A program made the translations under genes and the position numbers. Positions 1-8,172 of a stretch of 60,142 bases of DNA are shown one piece after another. Below the pieces are notes generated by a model that was not told the origin of the DNA, made no database searches, and was given only the letters and a program-made list of their open reading frames with translations. Each line of letters opens with the position of its first letter. Positions within the stretch are counted from its first letter, which is position 1. Origin of the DNA: Candidatus Moraniibacteriota bacterium (GTDB lineage Bacteria; Patescibacteriota; Minisyncoccia; Moranbacterales; UBA1568); the NCBI GenBank assembly GCA_963778555.1, contig CAVZUR010000001.1:1-60142 (forward strand), in the 5' to 3' direction.

Positions 1-1
1 G

Positions 2-1828
2 GCGACGGGGATTACGTCCGCCACCGGCGACATCACCGCGACGGCGGGTAACATCGTCCTCGGCGCCACCACCCGCATCTCCAATGCCGGCGTCGGCACC
101 TTCATCACCGGTACGACCATCGGCTCCCAGACTTTCACCACCAACAACATCGCGGACTCGGGTGCCTTGACCATCAAGTCAGCAACGACCAATGCCCTCA
201 CTCTCGACTCTGGCACCACCGGGACCGTCAATCTCGGCACCGGGACCTCCGGCAAGACGATCAACATCGGCACCGACAACACTACGCTTGACACCATCAA
301 TATCGGCTCGGCTCTCGATGATGTCGCCATCACCGGCGACCAGTGGAGCGTCACCAACGCGGGCGTCCTGACGGTGGTGTCGTGCTCAGGCTGCGGTGGG
401 GGCGGGACGACATGGAATTCGATCGGCGCACCGACCGGCGCACTCTCGCTCTCTTTTGATGCAACAGAAACCTCCGCCTTCGCGTTCAATGGCTTCACAA
501 CGGAGACAGGCTTTGCTCTTTCAGCGGATGCCGGGATTACGTCAGGAGAAATCATGGACCTCACCGTCTCGGCCGCCTCAGGCTTTACGGGAAATGTTCT
601 CGATCTCAATCTTTCGGACGCCACGGGTGCGGCCTCCAATACAGGGACTCTTCTCTCGCTCACCAATGCCGGTACGGCCAATGCGAACACTTCCCTCCTC
701 ATCCAGCACAATGCCACGGGTACGAACAATCTGGCTTTCCGGGTGAATGATGTGGCGAGCGATACGACGCCGTTCGTGATCGATGGGGCGGGCAATGTCG
801 GGATCGGGACGGCGGCGCCGGCCAATATGCTGGATATCTTTGGGACTACCAATACGCTCCGTTTCTCCTATGATGTTTCCAATTTTGTCACTCTGGCCTC
901 AGATAGCGCTGGTAACCTGGTCGTAAACAGTTCGAGCGCTTCACAAAATATTGTGCTGATTGGAGATGGATCTGCGACCGATTCCTCCGTGCAGTTCGAT
1001 GGCAATGTCAATGACTACTATGTCGGTCAAGATGACACCGATGATTTTTTCCATATCGGCGTCGGCGCTGTCGTCGGGACCACGGCCGCCATCACTGTCG
1101 ATAGTAGCCGTAACGTGGGTATCGGCGATACAACCCCAACTGAACTCCTGACCGTCTTAGGGACGACCACTACGGGCACGGTTGCATCCATCACGGATGC
1201 CGCCGTTATGACCACCACGGGCAATCTCCTCACCCTCTCGGCTGCCGCTGCCACTACCGCGACCGGACTCCAGACTATCACTGCCGCCGCCCTCACCACT
1301 GGCTATGCCATGGATATCAATGTCAACGGTGCGACCTCGCTGACTTCCGGTGGCGCGATCAATATCGACGGACCGACCGGAGCGGCTGCCCAAGCCGCGG
1401 GCTCGCTCCTCCTCATCTCGACCACCGGCGCCGTGACCGGTACCGACGGTTCCGGCAACTCCCTCCAAGTGAACTCGGCCACCGCCACGGGTACCGTCGC
1501 TTCGATCAGTAGCTCGGGGACGATGACGACGACCGGCGACTTGCTCACCCTCTCGGCTGCCGCTGCCACTACCGCGACCGGGACTCCAGACTATCACCGC
1601 TGCCGCCCTCACTACCGGCTATGCTATGGACATCAATGTCAACGGTGCGACCTCGCTGACTTCCGGTGGTGCCATCAATATCGACGGACCGACCGGTGCG
1701 GCTGCCCAAGCGGCCGGATCACTTCTGAAGATTTCGACCACGGGTGCCGTGACTGGTACGGACGGCAGTGGGAACTCCTTCCAGATCTCTACGGCCACCG
1801 CCACGGGTACCGTCGCTTCGATCAGTAG
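2..1828 (+). CDS. Giant repeat-rich surface protein, fragment 1 (5' end lies outside the window)
   Basis: Frame is open from the window edge. Thr/Gly/Ala-rich repeats (TGTVNLGTGTSGKTINIG...). Frame is lost near 1578, where an extra G is present relative to the other 315-bp repeat copies. Confidence 0.8.
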   Translation, partial: ATGITSATGDITATAGNIVLGATTRISNAGVGTFITGTTIGSQTFTTNNIADSGALTIKSATTNALTLDSGTTGTVNLGTGTSGKTINIGTDNTTLDTINIGSALDDVAITGDQWSVTNAGVLTVVSCSGCGGGGTTWNSIGAPTGALSLSFDATETSAFAFNGFTTETGFALSADAGITSGEIMDLTVSAASGFTGNVLDLNLSDATGAASNTGTLLSLTNAGTANANTSLLIQHNATGTNNLAFRVNDVASDTTPFVIDGAGNVGIGTAAPANMLDIFGTTNTLRFSYDVSNFVTLASDSAGNLVVNSSSASQNIVLIGDGSATDSSVQFDGNVNDYYVGQDDTDDFFHIGVGAVVGTTAAITVDSSRNVGIGDTTPTELLTVLGTTTTGTVASITDAAVMTTTGNLLTLSAAAATTATGLQTITAAALTTGYAMDINVNGATSLTSGGAINIDGPTGAAAQAAGSLLLISTTGAVTGTDGSGNSLQVNSATATGTVASISSSGTMTTTGDLLTLSAAAATTATGTPDYHRCRPHYRLCYGHQCQRCDLADFRWCHQYRRTDRCGCPSGRITSEDFDHGCRDWYGRQWELLPDLYGHRHGYRRFDQ

Positions 1829-2510
1829 CTCGGGGACGATGACCACGACCGGCGACTTGCTCACCCTCTCGGCTGCCGCTGCGACGACCGCGACCGGACT
1901 CCAGACTATCACCGCTGCCGCCCTCACTACCGGCTATGCTATGGATATCAATGTCAACGGTGCGACCTCGCTGACTTCCGGTGGCGCGATCAATATCGAC
2001 GGACCGACCGGGGCGGCTGCACAAGCGGCCGGATCACTTCTGAAGATTTCGACCACGGGCGCGGTGACTGGTACTGACGGCAGTGGTAACTCCTTCCAGA
2101 TCTCTACGGCCACCGCCACGGGTACCGTCGCTTCGATCAGTAGCTCGGGGACGATGACCACGACCGGCGACTTGCTCACCCTCTCGGCTGCCGCTGCGAC
2201 GACCGCGACCGGAATGCAGACTATCACCGCTGCCGCCCTCACCACCGGCTATGCCATGGACATCAATGTCAACGGTGCGACCTCGCTGACTTCCGGTGGT
2301 GCGATCAACATCGACGGACCGACCGGAGCGGCTGCCCAAGCCGCGGGCTCGCTCCTCCTCATCTCGACCACCGGCGCCGTGACCGGTACCGACGGTTCCG
2401 GCAACTCCCTCCAAGTGAACTCGGCCACCGCCACGGGTACCGTCGCTTCGATCAGTAGCTCGGGGACGATGACCACGACCGGTGACTTACTCACGCTGAC
2501 GGCCAATAAC
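1160..2510 (+). repeat. About 4.3 tandem copies of a 315-bp (105-aa) coding repeat
   Basis: The MDINVNGATSLTSGGAINIDGPTGAAAQAAGSLL unit starts at 1310, 1626, 1941 and 2256. Spacings are 316, 315 and 315 nt. Copies 1 and 4 are one subtype, copies 2 and 3 another. Confidence 0.95.
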
Positions 2511-4007
2511 GCGACCACTGCGACGGGACTCCTGACAATTGACGGCGGTAATACGATGACGACAGGATCCGCCTTGAGCATCACCGGTACGACCTATGTC
2601 CATGGCGCGGAGACGGGGAGTTTGGCCAGCTTCGCGTTCTCTGACACGACCTCAGGTGCGGTCGCCAGCACGACCAATGGCATTCTCGTCACTCCGACCA
2701 TCAACATCACGGCTGGTGCGGCCACCAAAACGATCAATGGCGTCGCTATCAATCCGACGTTCACAGCGTGTACGACCGCGACCTGTAGTGTGAGTGGGCT
2801 CAGCGTCGGGAACGTGACAGATAGCGGCAACTTCAACAGTACAGCCATCGTCACGGGCACGGGCTGGGATACGGGTATCAATGTCGGCTCGGGCAATGTC
2901 ACCATCGCGGCGGGCCAGAGCTATACGGGCGCCGGAGCGGTGACGCTTTCTTCGACCACCAATACCCTGACGCTCGATTCGGGCAACAATATCCTCACTC
3001 TCGCCGCCGGGGATACGACGCTGCAGCGGACGGCAGCCGGCACCTATACGTTCGATCTGGTGGATGCGGCTGATACGACGCTCTTTCTCGCGAACTCGAC
3101 CGGTACGGCGGGAGTTGATCTCTTGCTCCGCATCGACAGCCTGACCAATGGCGGCGCTGGTTGCGATACCATCGACACGACGGCCGATGGGACGCTCATC
3201 TGCGGGACGGATGCCGGCGCGGGCGCATCGCCCTTTGGCGCGGCTGGCGGCGTCATCACCAAGACGACGGGTTCGGACTTTGTGTCGCTCCAGTACGGCG
3301 ACGCGGCCGATACCCAGCTCGTGATCGAAAATACGACGAGCGGCACCGTGCCGACCGTCGACGCGGCGCAGATTACCTTGACGGGCGGTACGACCGGTAT
3401 CGTCACGGCGGACGCCGATGCGCTGCAGATCGCCTGGGAAGCCGGGCATATGACTGCTGGCGGCAGCATCGCCGGCATCAATCTGGCCCTCACGACTGTT
3501 GCGGCCAGCACTACTTCGGCGGATATCTTCAACGGGCTCAATATCAGCAATATTACAGGGACGACGGCGACGGAGAACGCCGTCAATCTCGGCACCGGCT
3601 GGGATACGCTCTTCGCTGGCACCACGGCCGGGACGAGCCTCTTCAACTTCACGAACTTCGACGTGACTACGGGTGGGGATCTCGACCTGACGGGGACGAT
3701 TACCGCTGGTTCATCGAATACGGTGTTGACGCTTTCTACGGGTTTGATCGACGCGGATGCGCTCACCCTTACTGCCGCCGCGGATGCTGGCACAGGCACC
3801 TCGTCGGGTTCGGGACTCATCGCAAGGAGCGATGGCATCGGGCTTTTGCAGGGCTGTACGGACGGGCAAGTACTGGCCTGGGAGGAGACGACCGATACCT
3901 GGGACTGTACGACCGCTGGCGGTGGCGGCGACGCCGGGCTATGGCGTGGAAGCCGTGAACGTCTTCACGGGCAATGGCACCTGGACCAAACAGTCCTATG
4001 TGAATAA
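1626..4007 (+). CDS. Giant surface protein, fragment 2 (continues fragment 1 after a +1 frame change)
   Basis: Same repeat protein read in the next frame, followed by Thr/Gly/Ala-rich beta-strand-like sequence. Ends ...CTDGQVLAWEETTDTWDCTTAGGGG. Confidence 0.8.
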   Translation: MDINVNGATSLTSGGAINIDGPTGAAAQAAGSLLKISTTGAVTGTDGSGNSFQISTATATGTVASISSSGTMTTTGDLLTLSAAAATTATGLQTITAAALTTGYAMDINVNGATSLTSGGAINIDGPTGAAAQAAGSLLKISTTGAVTGTDGSGNSFQISTATATGTVASISSSGTMTTTGDLLTLSAAAATTATGMQTITAAALTTGYAMDINVNGATSLTSGGAINIDGPTGAAAQAAGSLLLISTTGAVTGTDGSGNSLQVNSATATGTVASISSSGTMTTTGDLLTLTANNATTATGLLTIDGGNTMTTGSALSITGTTYVHGAETGSLASFAFSDTTSGAVASTTNGILVTPTINITAGAATKTINGVAINPTFTACTTATCSVSGLSVGNVTDSGNFNSTAIVTGTGWDTGINVGSGNVTIAAGQSYTGAGAVTLSSTTNTLTLDSGNNILTLAAGDTTLQRTAAGTYTFDLVDAADTTLFLANSTGTAGVDLLLRIDSLTNGGAGCDTIDTTADGTLICGTDAGAGASPFGAAGGVITKTTGSDFVSLQYGDAADTQLVIENTTSGTVPTVDAAQITLTGGTTGIVTADADALQIAWEAGHMTAGGSIAGINLALTTVAASTTSADIFNGLNISNITGTTATENAVNLGTGWDTLFAGTTAGTSLFNFTNFDVTTGGDLDLTGTITAGSSNTVLTLSTGLIDADALTLTAAADAGTGTSSGSGLIARSDGIGLLQGCTDGQVLAWEETTDTWDCTTAGGGGDAGLWRGSRERLHGQWHLDQTVLCE

Positions 4008-5481
4008 TGTCTATGTCGAAGTCTGGGGCGCGGGTGGTGGCGGACTTCTTGGCAATGCGAACAACTCGATGGGCGGCGGCGGCGGAGGCGGCTATAGCGC
4101 CGGCATCACGACCGTCGCGGGCAATGTGAGCGTCGTGGTCGGCGCGGGTGGCGGCAACAACGCGAACGGCTCGGCCAGTACCTTTACGGGCGGTGCGACG
4201 CTCACGGGGAACGGTGGAACACGACCGACGACCGTTACCGGCGGCGCGGGCGGCACGGGCGCGAACGGAACCATCAACCTTCCCGGCCAGGCCGGTGGCA
4301 ACGGTGTTGCTCAGGATGGCGCAAAAAGCGGTTTTGGCGGCGATAGTCCGATGGGCGGCGGCGGCGGACAGGGCGCCGGCGGCGCGAATGCGTCTGGCGC
4401 GAACTCGGCGACCGTACCGATGAATGGCGGCAACGGACAAGTCCCGGGCGGCGGTGGTGGTGGTGGTGCGGAAAACAACGGTACGGCCGGGACCGGCGCC
4501 GCGGGACTGGTCATCGTCTGGGCGCTGTCCGGGACGAATGGCTCCGACTTCGCGGAAGTCTATGAGACGAAGCCCGGTGTCGAGCCCGGCGACGTGGTGG
4601 CGATGAGCGCGGACTCCATGGAGTATGACTCGGAATGGGGACTGCAGAATATCGCCATTTTGGAAAAGGCCAAGCCCGACGGCCGCGTGGTCGGCGTGGT
4701 GTCGACGGCCGCGGCGGTGGTCATGGGGCGGACAATAAGTGAAACCGCCGAAAATCCGCAGCCCATCGCCCTGGCGGGCCGCACTCCGGTCAAGGTGTCG
4801 CTCGAAAACGGGCCGATCAAAACCGGGGATCTGCTTGGGCCGTCGTCCATCCCGGGTGTCGCCGCCAAAAACGAGAAAGCGGGCATGGTCATCGGCGCGG
4901 CGCTGGAGGACTATGATCCGCCGCAAGATGGCGGCATCGGCAGAGTGATGATATTCGTCCAGACGGAGTACTCGAGCGGGGCGCGCACGAATCGGCTCTT
5001 GGAGCGCGCCGGCTTCGACCCGGACAATATCCCGCCGGAACTCGACATCGGGCGCCTCATGCTGGCGCAGGCGCTGGTCGAGAAACGCGACATCACGACC
5101 GAGACGCCCTTGTCGGAAGTCTTCACTGACCGCGTCGTCGCTGGATCTCGAGATGATTTCGCCGCGCGTCATCACGGACACGCTGGTGGCGAGCGCTATC
5201 GAGCCGGTGGACCGGGACGTGAAGCTGCGGCTCGAAGCCGACGGCCGATTCACCATCGAGCGCGCGGGCGCGGGGACCTTGTCGGCGACTTTTGGCGGCG
5301 AACCGCCGGAGGGCGGCGGGACGGAAGTGCTGAGTATCGATGCCGATGGCAACGCGACCTTCGCCGGAGTCGTCACAGCCAAGACGCTCCGGGCGGAAAG
5401 CATCGAAGGGCTCGCGTTCATAGAGACCGATATCCGCAATACCCAGAGCGGACTAGAGACCAATGCCGCCGAAGTGAATGA
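3757..5481 (+). CDS. Giant surface protein, fragment 3: glycine-rich (tail-fibre-like) domain
   Basis: True coding probably starts near 3930. Motifs VYVEVWGAGGGG, GGGGGGGYSAG and VVVGAGGG, then DFAEVYETKPGVEPGDVVAMS...PIALAGRTPVKV. Confidence 0.7.
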   Translation: MRSPLLPPRMLAQAPRRVRDSSQGAMASGFCRAVRTGKYWPGRRRPIPGTVRPLAVAATPGYGVEAVNVFTGNGTWTKQSYVNNVYVEVWGAGGGGLLGNANNSMGGGGGGGYSAGITTVAGNVSVVVGAGGGNNANGSASTFTGGATLTGNGGTRPTTVTGGAGGTGANGTINLPGQAGGNGVAQDGAKSGFGGDSPMGGGGGQGAGGANASGANSATVPMNGGNGQVPGGGGGGGAENNGTAGTGAAGLVIVWALSGTNGSDFAEVYETKPGVEPGDVVAMSADSMEYDSEWGLQNIAILEKAKPDGRVVGVVSTAAAVVMGRTISETAENPQPIALAGRTPVKVSLENGPIKTGDLLGPSSIPGVAAKNEKAGMVIGAALEDYDPPQDGGIGRVMIFVQTEYSSGARTNRLLERAGFDPDNIPPELDIGRLMLAQALVEKRDITTETPLSEVFTDRVVAGSRDDFAARHHGHAGGERYRAGGPGREAAARSRRPIHHRARGRGDLVGDFWRRTAGGRRDGSAEYRCRWQRDLRRSRHSQDAPGGKHRRARVHRDRYPQYPERTRDQCRRSE

Positions 5482-5611
5482 TTTGGGACAGGCGGTGGCC
5501 GAAGTGAAGGCATCTCTGGCATCGCTCCGCGACGAAATCGGCTTGCTTGACTCCAGGTTCGCTCCAAGCCCTCGAACTCGCGGGCGGCCTCACGGTGAAC
5601 GGACCGGCTGA
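5153..5611 (+). CDS. Giant surface protein, fragment 4 (coiled-coil segment)
   Basis: Continues fragment 3 in the next frame. Contains NAAEVNDLGQAVAEVKASLASLRDEIGLL. Confidence 0.6.
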   Translation: MISPRVITDTLVASAIEPVDRDVKLRLEADGRFTIERAGAGTLSATFGGEPPEGGGTEVLSIDADGNATFAGVVTAKTLRAESIEGLAFIETDIRNTQSGLETNAAEVNDLGQAVAEVKASLASLRDEIGLLDSRFAPSPRTRGRPHGERTG

Positions 5612-6221
5612 GTTCCGCGGCGAGACGCTCTTCACCGCCTTCACACAGTTCATCGATCGGGTGATCTTTGGGAAGGACGTCGAATTCGCGGGACGGGTGA
5701 CATTCAATCAGGACACCGCCGGGTACGCCATCGTGAAAGAAGGCGAGACGGACGTCGTCGTCACCTTTGACCAAGAATACGCCGTCACGCCGGTTGTCAA
5801 CGCCAGCCTGTCACTCCAGCCGATTGAGAATGCCGAAGTGCGTCGGGCGACCGAGGAGCTTCTTCTCGTCAGCGATGTCCGATACATCATCACCCATGTT
5901 ACGACCACGGGCTTCGAGATCCGGATCGCCGAAGGAGCCCAGATGGATGTGCCGTTCTCTTGGCAAGCCATCGCCGTGAAGGACGCCAAGACGTCCGAAG
6001 AGAGCAGTCTCGGCGGTGCCGCGGCCAAGGAGAGTGAGCCGGTAGTCACGCCGGTTCCCGAAGAAACTCCCCCCGCCATAGTCGCGGATACGCCGGAGAT
6101 ACCGGTGTCAGACACGCTGCCGCCTGTTTCTCCGAGTGAGGCTTCCTCTCTGGATCCGAGCACTCCGGTTTCAGACCCAGCGGTCGTTTCGACCGAAACC
6201 CCGCCCGACGGGACGCTCTGA
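5547..6221 (+). CDS. Giant surface protein, fragment 5 (C-terminal domain and Pro/Thr/Ser-rich tail)
   Basis: Continues fragment 4 in the next frame. Stop at 6219-6221, followed by a terminator. Confidence 0.7.
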   Translation: MTPGSLQALELAGGLTVNGPAEFRGETLFTAFTQFIDRVIFGKDVEFAGRVTFNQDTAGYAIVKEGETDVVVTFDQEYAVTPVVNASLSLQPIENAEVRRATEELLLVSDVRYIITHVTTTGFEIRIAEGAQMDVPFSWQAIAVKDAKTSEESSLGGAAAKESEPVVTPVPEETPPAIVADTPEIPVSDTLPPVSPSEASSLDPSTPVSDPAVVSTETPPDGTL

Positions 6222-6250
6222 CCCGCAACTGTCGAACGTCCAGGTTTCAC

Positions 6251-6277
6251 AAAAACCCTCTGAAAAGGAGGGTTTTT
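6251..6277 (+). terminator. Intrinsic terminator hairpin after the giant gene
   Basis: AAAAACCCTC / GAGGGTTTTT 10-bp stem (6251-6260 / 6268-6277) with a 7-nt loop and A/U-tract arms. Confidence 0.8.
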
Positions 6278-6302
6278 GTGAGTCTCAAGATACAAGTCAC
6301 GA

Positions 6303-6674
6303 CCCTTTCTTTTGGCAGCGAAAGAAAGGGGAAAAAGAAAACTGCCGCCCTCGTTTTCAGCTCGGAAAGTTTCGCAATTCACTCCGGCCATTGTATCGCG
6401 AGAGACTGATACAATGGTGATCCTCCATGAATTGAAAACTTTGACCTCGCTTTTCACTGGGGCGGGTACTGGATTCGAGAAACACCCATTGCGGAAGGCG
6501 AAGCCATTGGTCTAGGGCTGGAGGAAAGAGGTTTCGTAAGTCACTCGTTATGAAACCGCCGGAGGCCATAGCCAGCAATGGCATGAGCCGCGAGCACGGG
6601 TGCGCCTTTCCCCGCCCGTACCGAACGGTACGTTCGGGCGGGCTTTGGTTCATTTCTTTGGGCGGGCAAAGAAA
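6303..6674 (+). ncRNA. Unclassified structured RNA-like element, copy A
   Basis: Homologous to 16501-16873 on the - strand, with compensatory changes in at least 5 helices and covarying complementary loops. Terminal hairpins at 6303-6330 and 6653-6674. G.U pairs indicate + sense. Confidence 0.7.
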
Positions 6675-6838
6675 CGAACGAAGAGTTTTGTCGAAAAAAG
6701 AAAGTGGAGAGAATTTTTTGGCACCAAAACCCGCTTGTCGGCAAACAGGGAAATGAAGAAGCTATCTATTTGCTGCAAAAAGAAAGTGATAAAGAGGCTC
6801 TCCTGTGTGATAGGATAGAGACATTCTGCTGAAAACCC

Positions 6839-7630
6839 ATGAAGAAGCATTTCCCGCGCCCCACCCAGGAGGATCGGTCGCTCATTTTACGCAGGCATAC
6901 CCCGGTCCAGTGGCTGGTTTTCGGACTCCTCCTGGCTTTCTATGGTGTGATCCTCTGGCATCAGATCAAGCTGCCGGCGGCCGATGATCTCGGCCGGCAT
7001 ATCATGAACGGCAAACTGGTGCTCCAGGGGGAGTTCCGAGTGCTGGATTCGAACCTGTATTCGTACACCGAGCCGGACGCTTTTTTCGCCAACCATCACT
7101 GGCTGTTCGGCGTCATCGCCTATCTCCTCCATGCGACTATCGGCTTTGGCGGCATTGTGATCTTTAAAGTGCTCCTTCTCCTCTTCGCCTTTGCCCTGCT
7201 CTTTTTCATCGCGCTGAAACGGGCCGATTTCTGGGTCGTAGCGGTCTTTTCCATACCCACTATTCTCATCCTCATGGAGCGGACCTCGTTCCGTCCGGAG
7301 ATCTTCAGCTATCTCTTCGTCGTGATCTATCTGTATTTTCTGCACGCGGCGGTCGAACGGCCCGAGAGCAAACAGCTCTATTGGCTCGTGCCGCTCCAGA
7401 TCCTGTGGGTCAATATCCACATCTTTTTCGTCATCGGCGTGGTACTGGCCGCCGGCTTTCTTGCCGAAGCGATCATCCGGAATTATCGCGAGTTCTGGCG
7501 AAGCCTCCTGGTGAAGCGGCTAGCCGTCCTCGTCCTCTTCTTGGCTATGCGAGCGTCATCAATCCGCAGGGTATTCACGGTGCGCTCCTCTCATTCCCGC
7601 TCAATATCAAAGGCGAGTCGCCTATATTAA
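6839..7630 (+). CDS. Polytopic membrane protein with C-terminal TPR, fragment 1
   Basis: Multiple hydrophobic helices. Frame is lost near 7535. Confidence 0.7.
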   Translation: MKKHFPRPTQEDRSLILRRHTPVQWLVFGLLLAFYGVILWHQIKLPAADDLGRHIMNGKLVLQGEFRVLDSNLYSYTEPDAFFANHHWLFGVIAYLLHATIGFGGIVIFKVLLLLFAFALLFFIALKRADFWVVAVFSIPTILILMERTSFRPEIFSYLFVVIYLYFLHAAVERPESKQLYWLVPLQILWVNIHIFFVIGVVLAAGFLAEAIIRNYREFWRSLLVKRLAVLVLFLAMRASSIRRVFTVRSSHSRSISKASRLY

Positions 7631-7962
7631 TCGCTGAAGACGTGACGGTGCCGGAATATCTCCAAGGGACGTCCCTTTGGTCGGATGTGTCGATCGCAAT
7701 CTTCGTTCCATTGGCGGCGCTCTTGGCCATCAGTTTTTTGTTCCATCCTAGGAAAGCGTCGCTCTTCTATGCGGCCGCGAGCGCGGCGACGGCACTCGTC
7801 GCGTATTCGCATATCCGCGGGCTGGCGCTGTTCGGTTTGATATTCTTGCCGGCGATCTCAGCCAATGTCGCTCCTGTGTATGAGAAAATCCAAAAGCTTT
7901 CGTCAGGCGGAAACCGACGAATTCGGATATGCCATCGAACGTTCGCTCGTCGAGGCTGCTGA
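7381..7962 (+). CDS. Same membrane protein, fragment 2
   Basis: Continues as ...LLGYASVINPQGIHGALLSFPLNI... with further TM helices. True coding starts near 7535. Confidence 0.6.
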   Translation: MARAAPDPVGQYPHLFRHRRGTGRRLSCRSDHPELSRVLAKPPGEAASRPRPLLGYASVINPQGIHGALLSFPLNIKGESPILIAEDVTVPEYLQGTSLWSDVSIAIFVPLAALLAISFLFHPRKASLFYAAASAATALVAYSHIRGLALFGLIFLPAISANVAPVYEKIQKLSSGGNRRIRICHRTFARRGC

Positions 7963-7977
7963 TAGTGCGTTCTCCTG

Positions 7978-8172
7978 ATGTTTCTCTTTTTCAGTAACGC
8001 GATCGGCATCACACAGTTCCGGGAATACGGCATCGGTTTGGACCGTTGGGGCGACGCGGCCGGGACTTTCTTCAAAGCGCAAGGTTTCCACGGCCCTCTG
8101 TTCAATGATACCGATGTGGGGAGTTATCTGATCTATGCCCTGTATCCGGGGACGAGAGGTCTTTGCGGATAA
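7978..8172 (+). CDS. Same membrane protein, fragment 3
   Basis: GITQFREYGIGLDRWGDAAGTFFKAQGFHGPLFNDTDVGSYLIYALYP, which runs on into fragment 4. Confidence 0.5.
   Translation: MFLFFSNAIGITQFREYGIGLDRWGDAAGTFFKAQGFHGPLFNDTDVGSYLIYALYPGTRGLCG

Noticed and set aside
1160-2510. Regular tandem repeats that could be mistaken for a CRISPR-like array.
   Set aside because: The period is 315 bp with no unique spacers, and the units are in frame within a coding sequence. No short repeat-spacer array occurs anywhere in the window.
3817-5463. Very long antisense or out-of-frame ORFs, for example 3817-5463 (-), 2652-3449 (-), 9422-10768 (-), 14050-15381 (+), 41489-42394 (-), 42578-43312 (-) and 8102-8854 (-).
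   Set aside because: They are Arg/Gly/Asp-rich shadow frames of clearly homologous genes on the other strand or frame in GC-rich DNA. They contain no recognisable motifs.
6459-6480. GGGGCGGGTACTGGATTCGAG resembles the 5' end of tmRNA (GGGGCUGAUUCUGGAUUCGAC), which suggested a permuted ssrA gene.
   Set aside because: There is no T-arm, no CCA-adjacent acceptor strand with the G3.U70 pair and no tag reading frame. There are also two diverged copies, which does not fit a single essential ssrA gene.
6518-6535. GGAGGAAAGAGG resembles the RNase P RNA CR-I motif GAGGAAAGUCC.
   Set aside because: The other RNase P core motifs (the ACAGAA...GGCUUA P4 partner, and CR-II/III) are absent, and the element is duplicated.
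6445-6756. An ORF across element copy A and its counterpart in copy B share peptide blocks: NTHCGRR, GGKRF, KPPE and GCAFPRPYRTVRSGG. In copy B this frame even runs on into the hydrolase gene.
   Set aside because: Of 38 substitutions in the ungapped 162-nt block, 11, 9 and 18 fall on codon positions 1, 2 and 3. That is only a weak third-position excess. The frame is not conserved upstream (a 1-nt indel near 6466) or downstream. The peptide is Arg/Gly-rich, like translated structured RNA. The substitutions are better explained by base-pair compensation.
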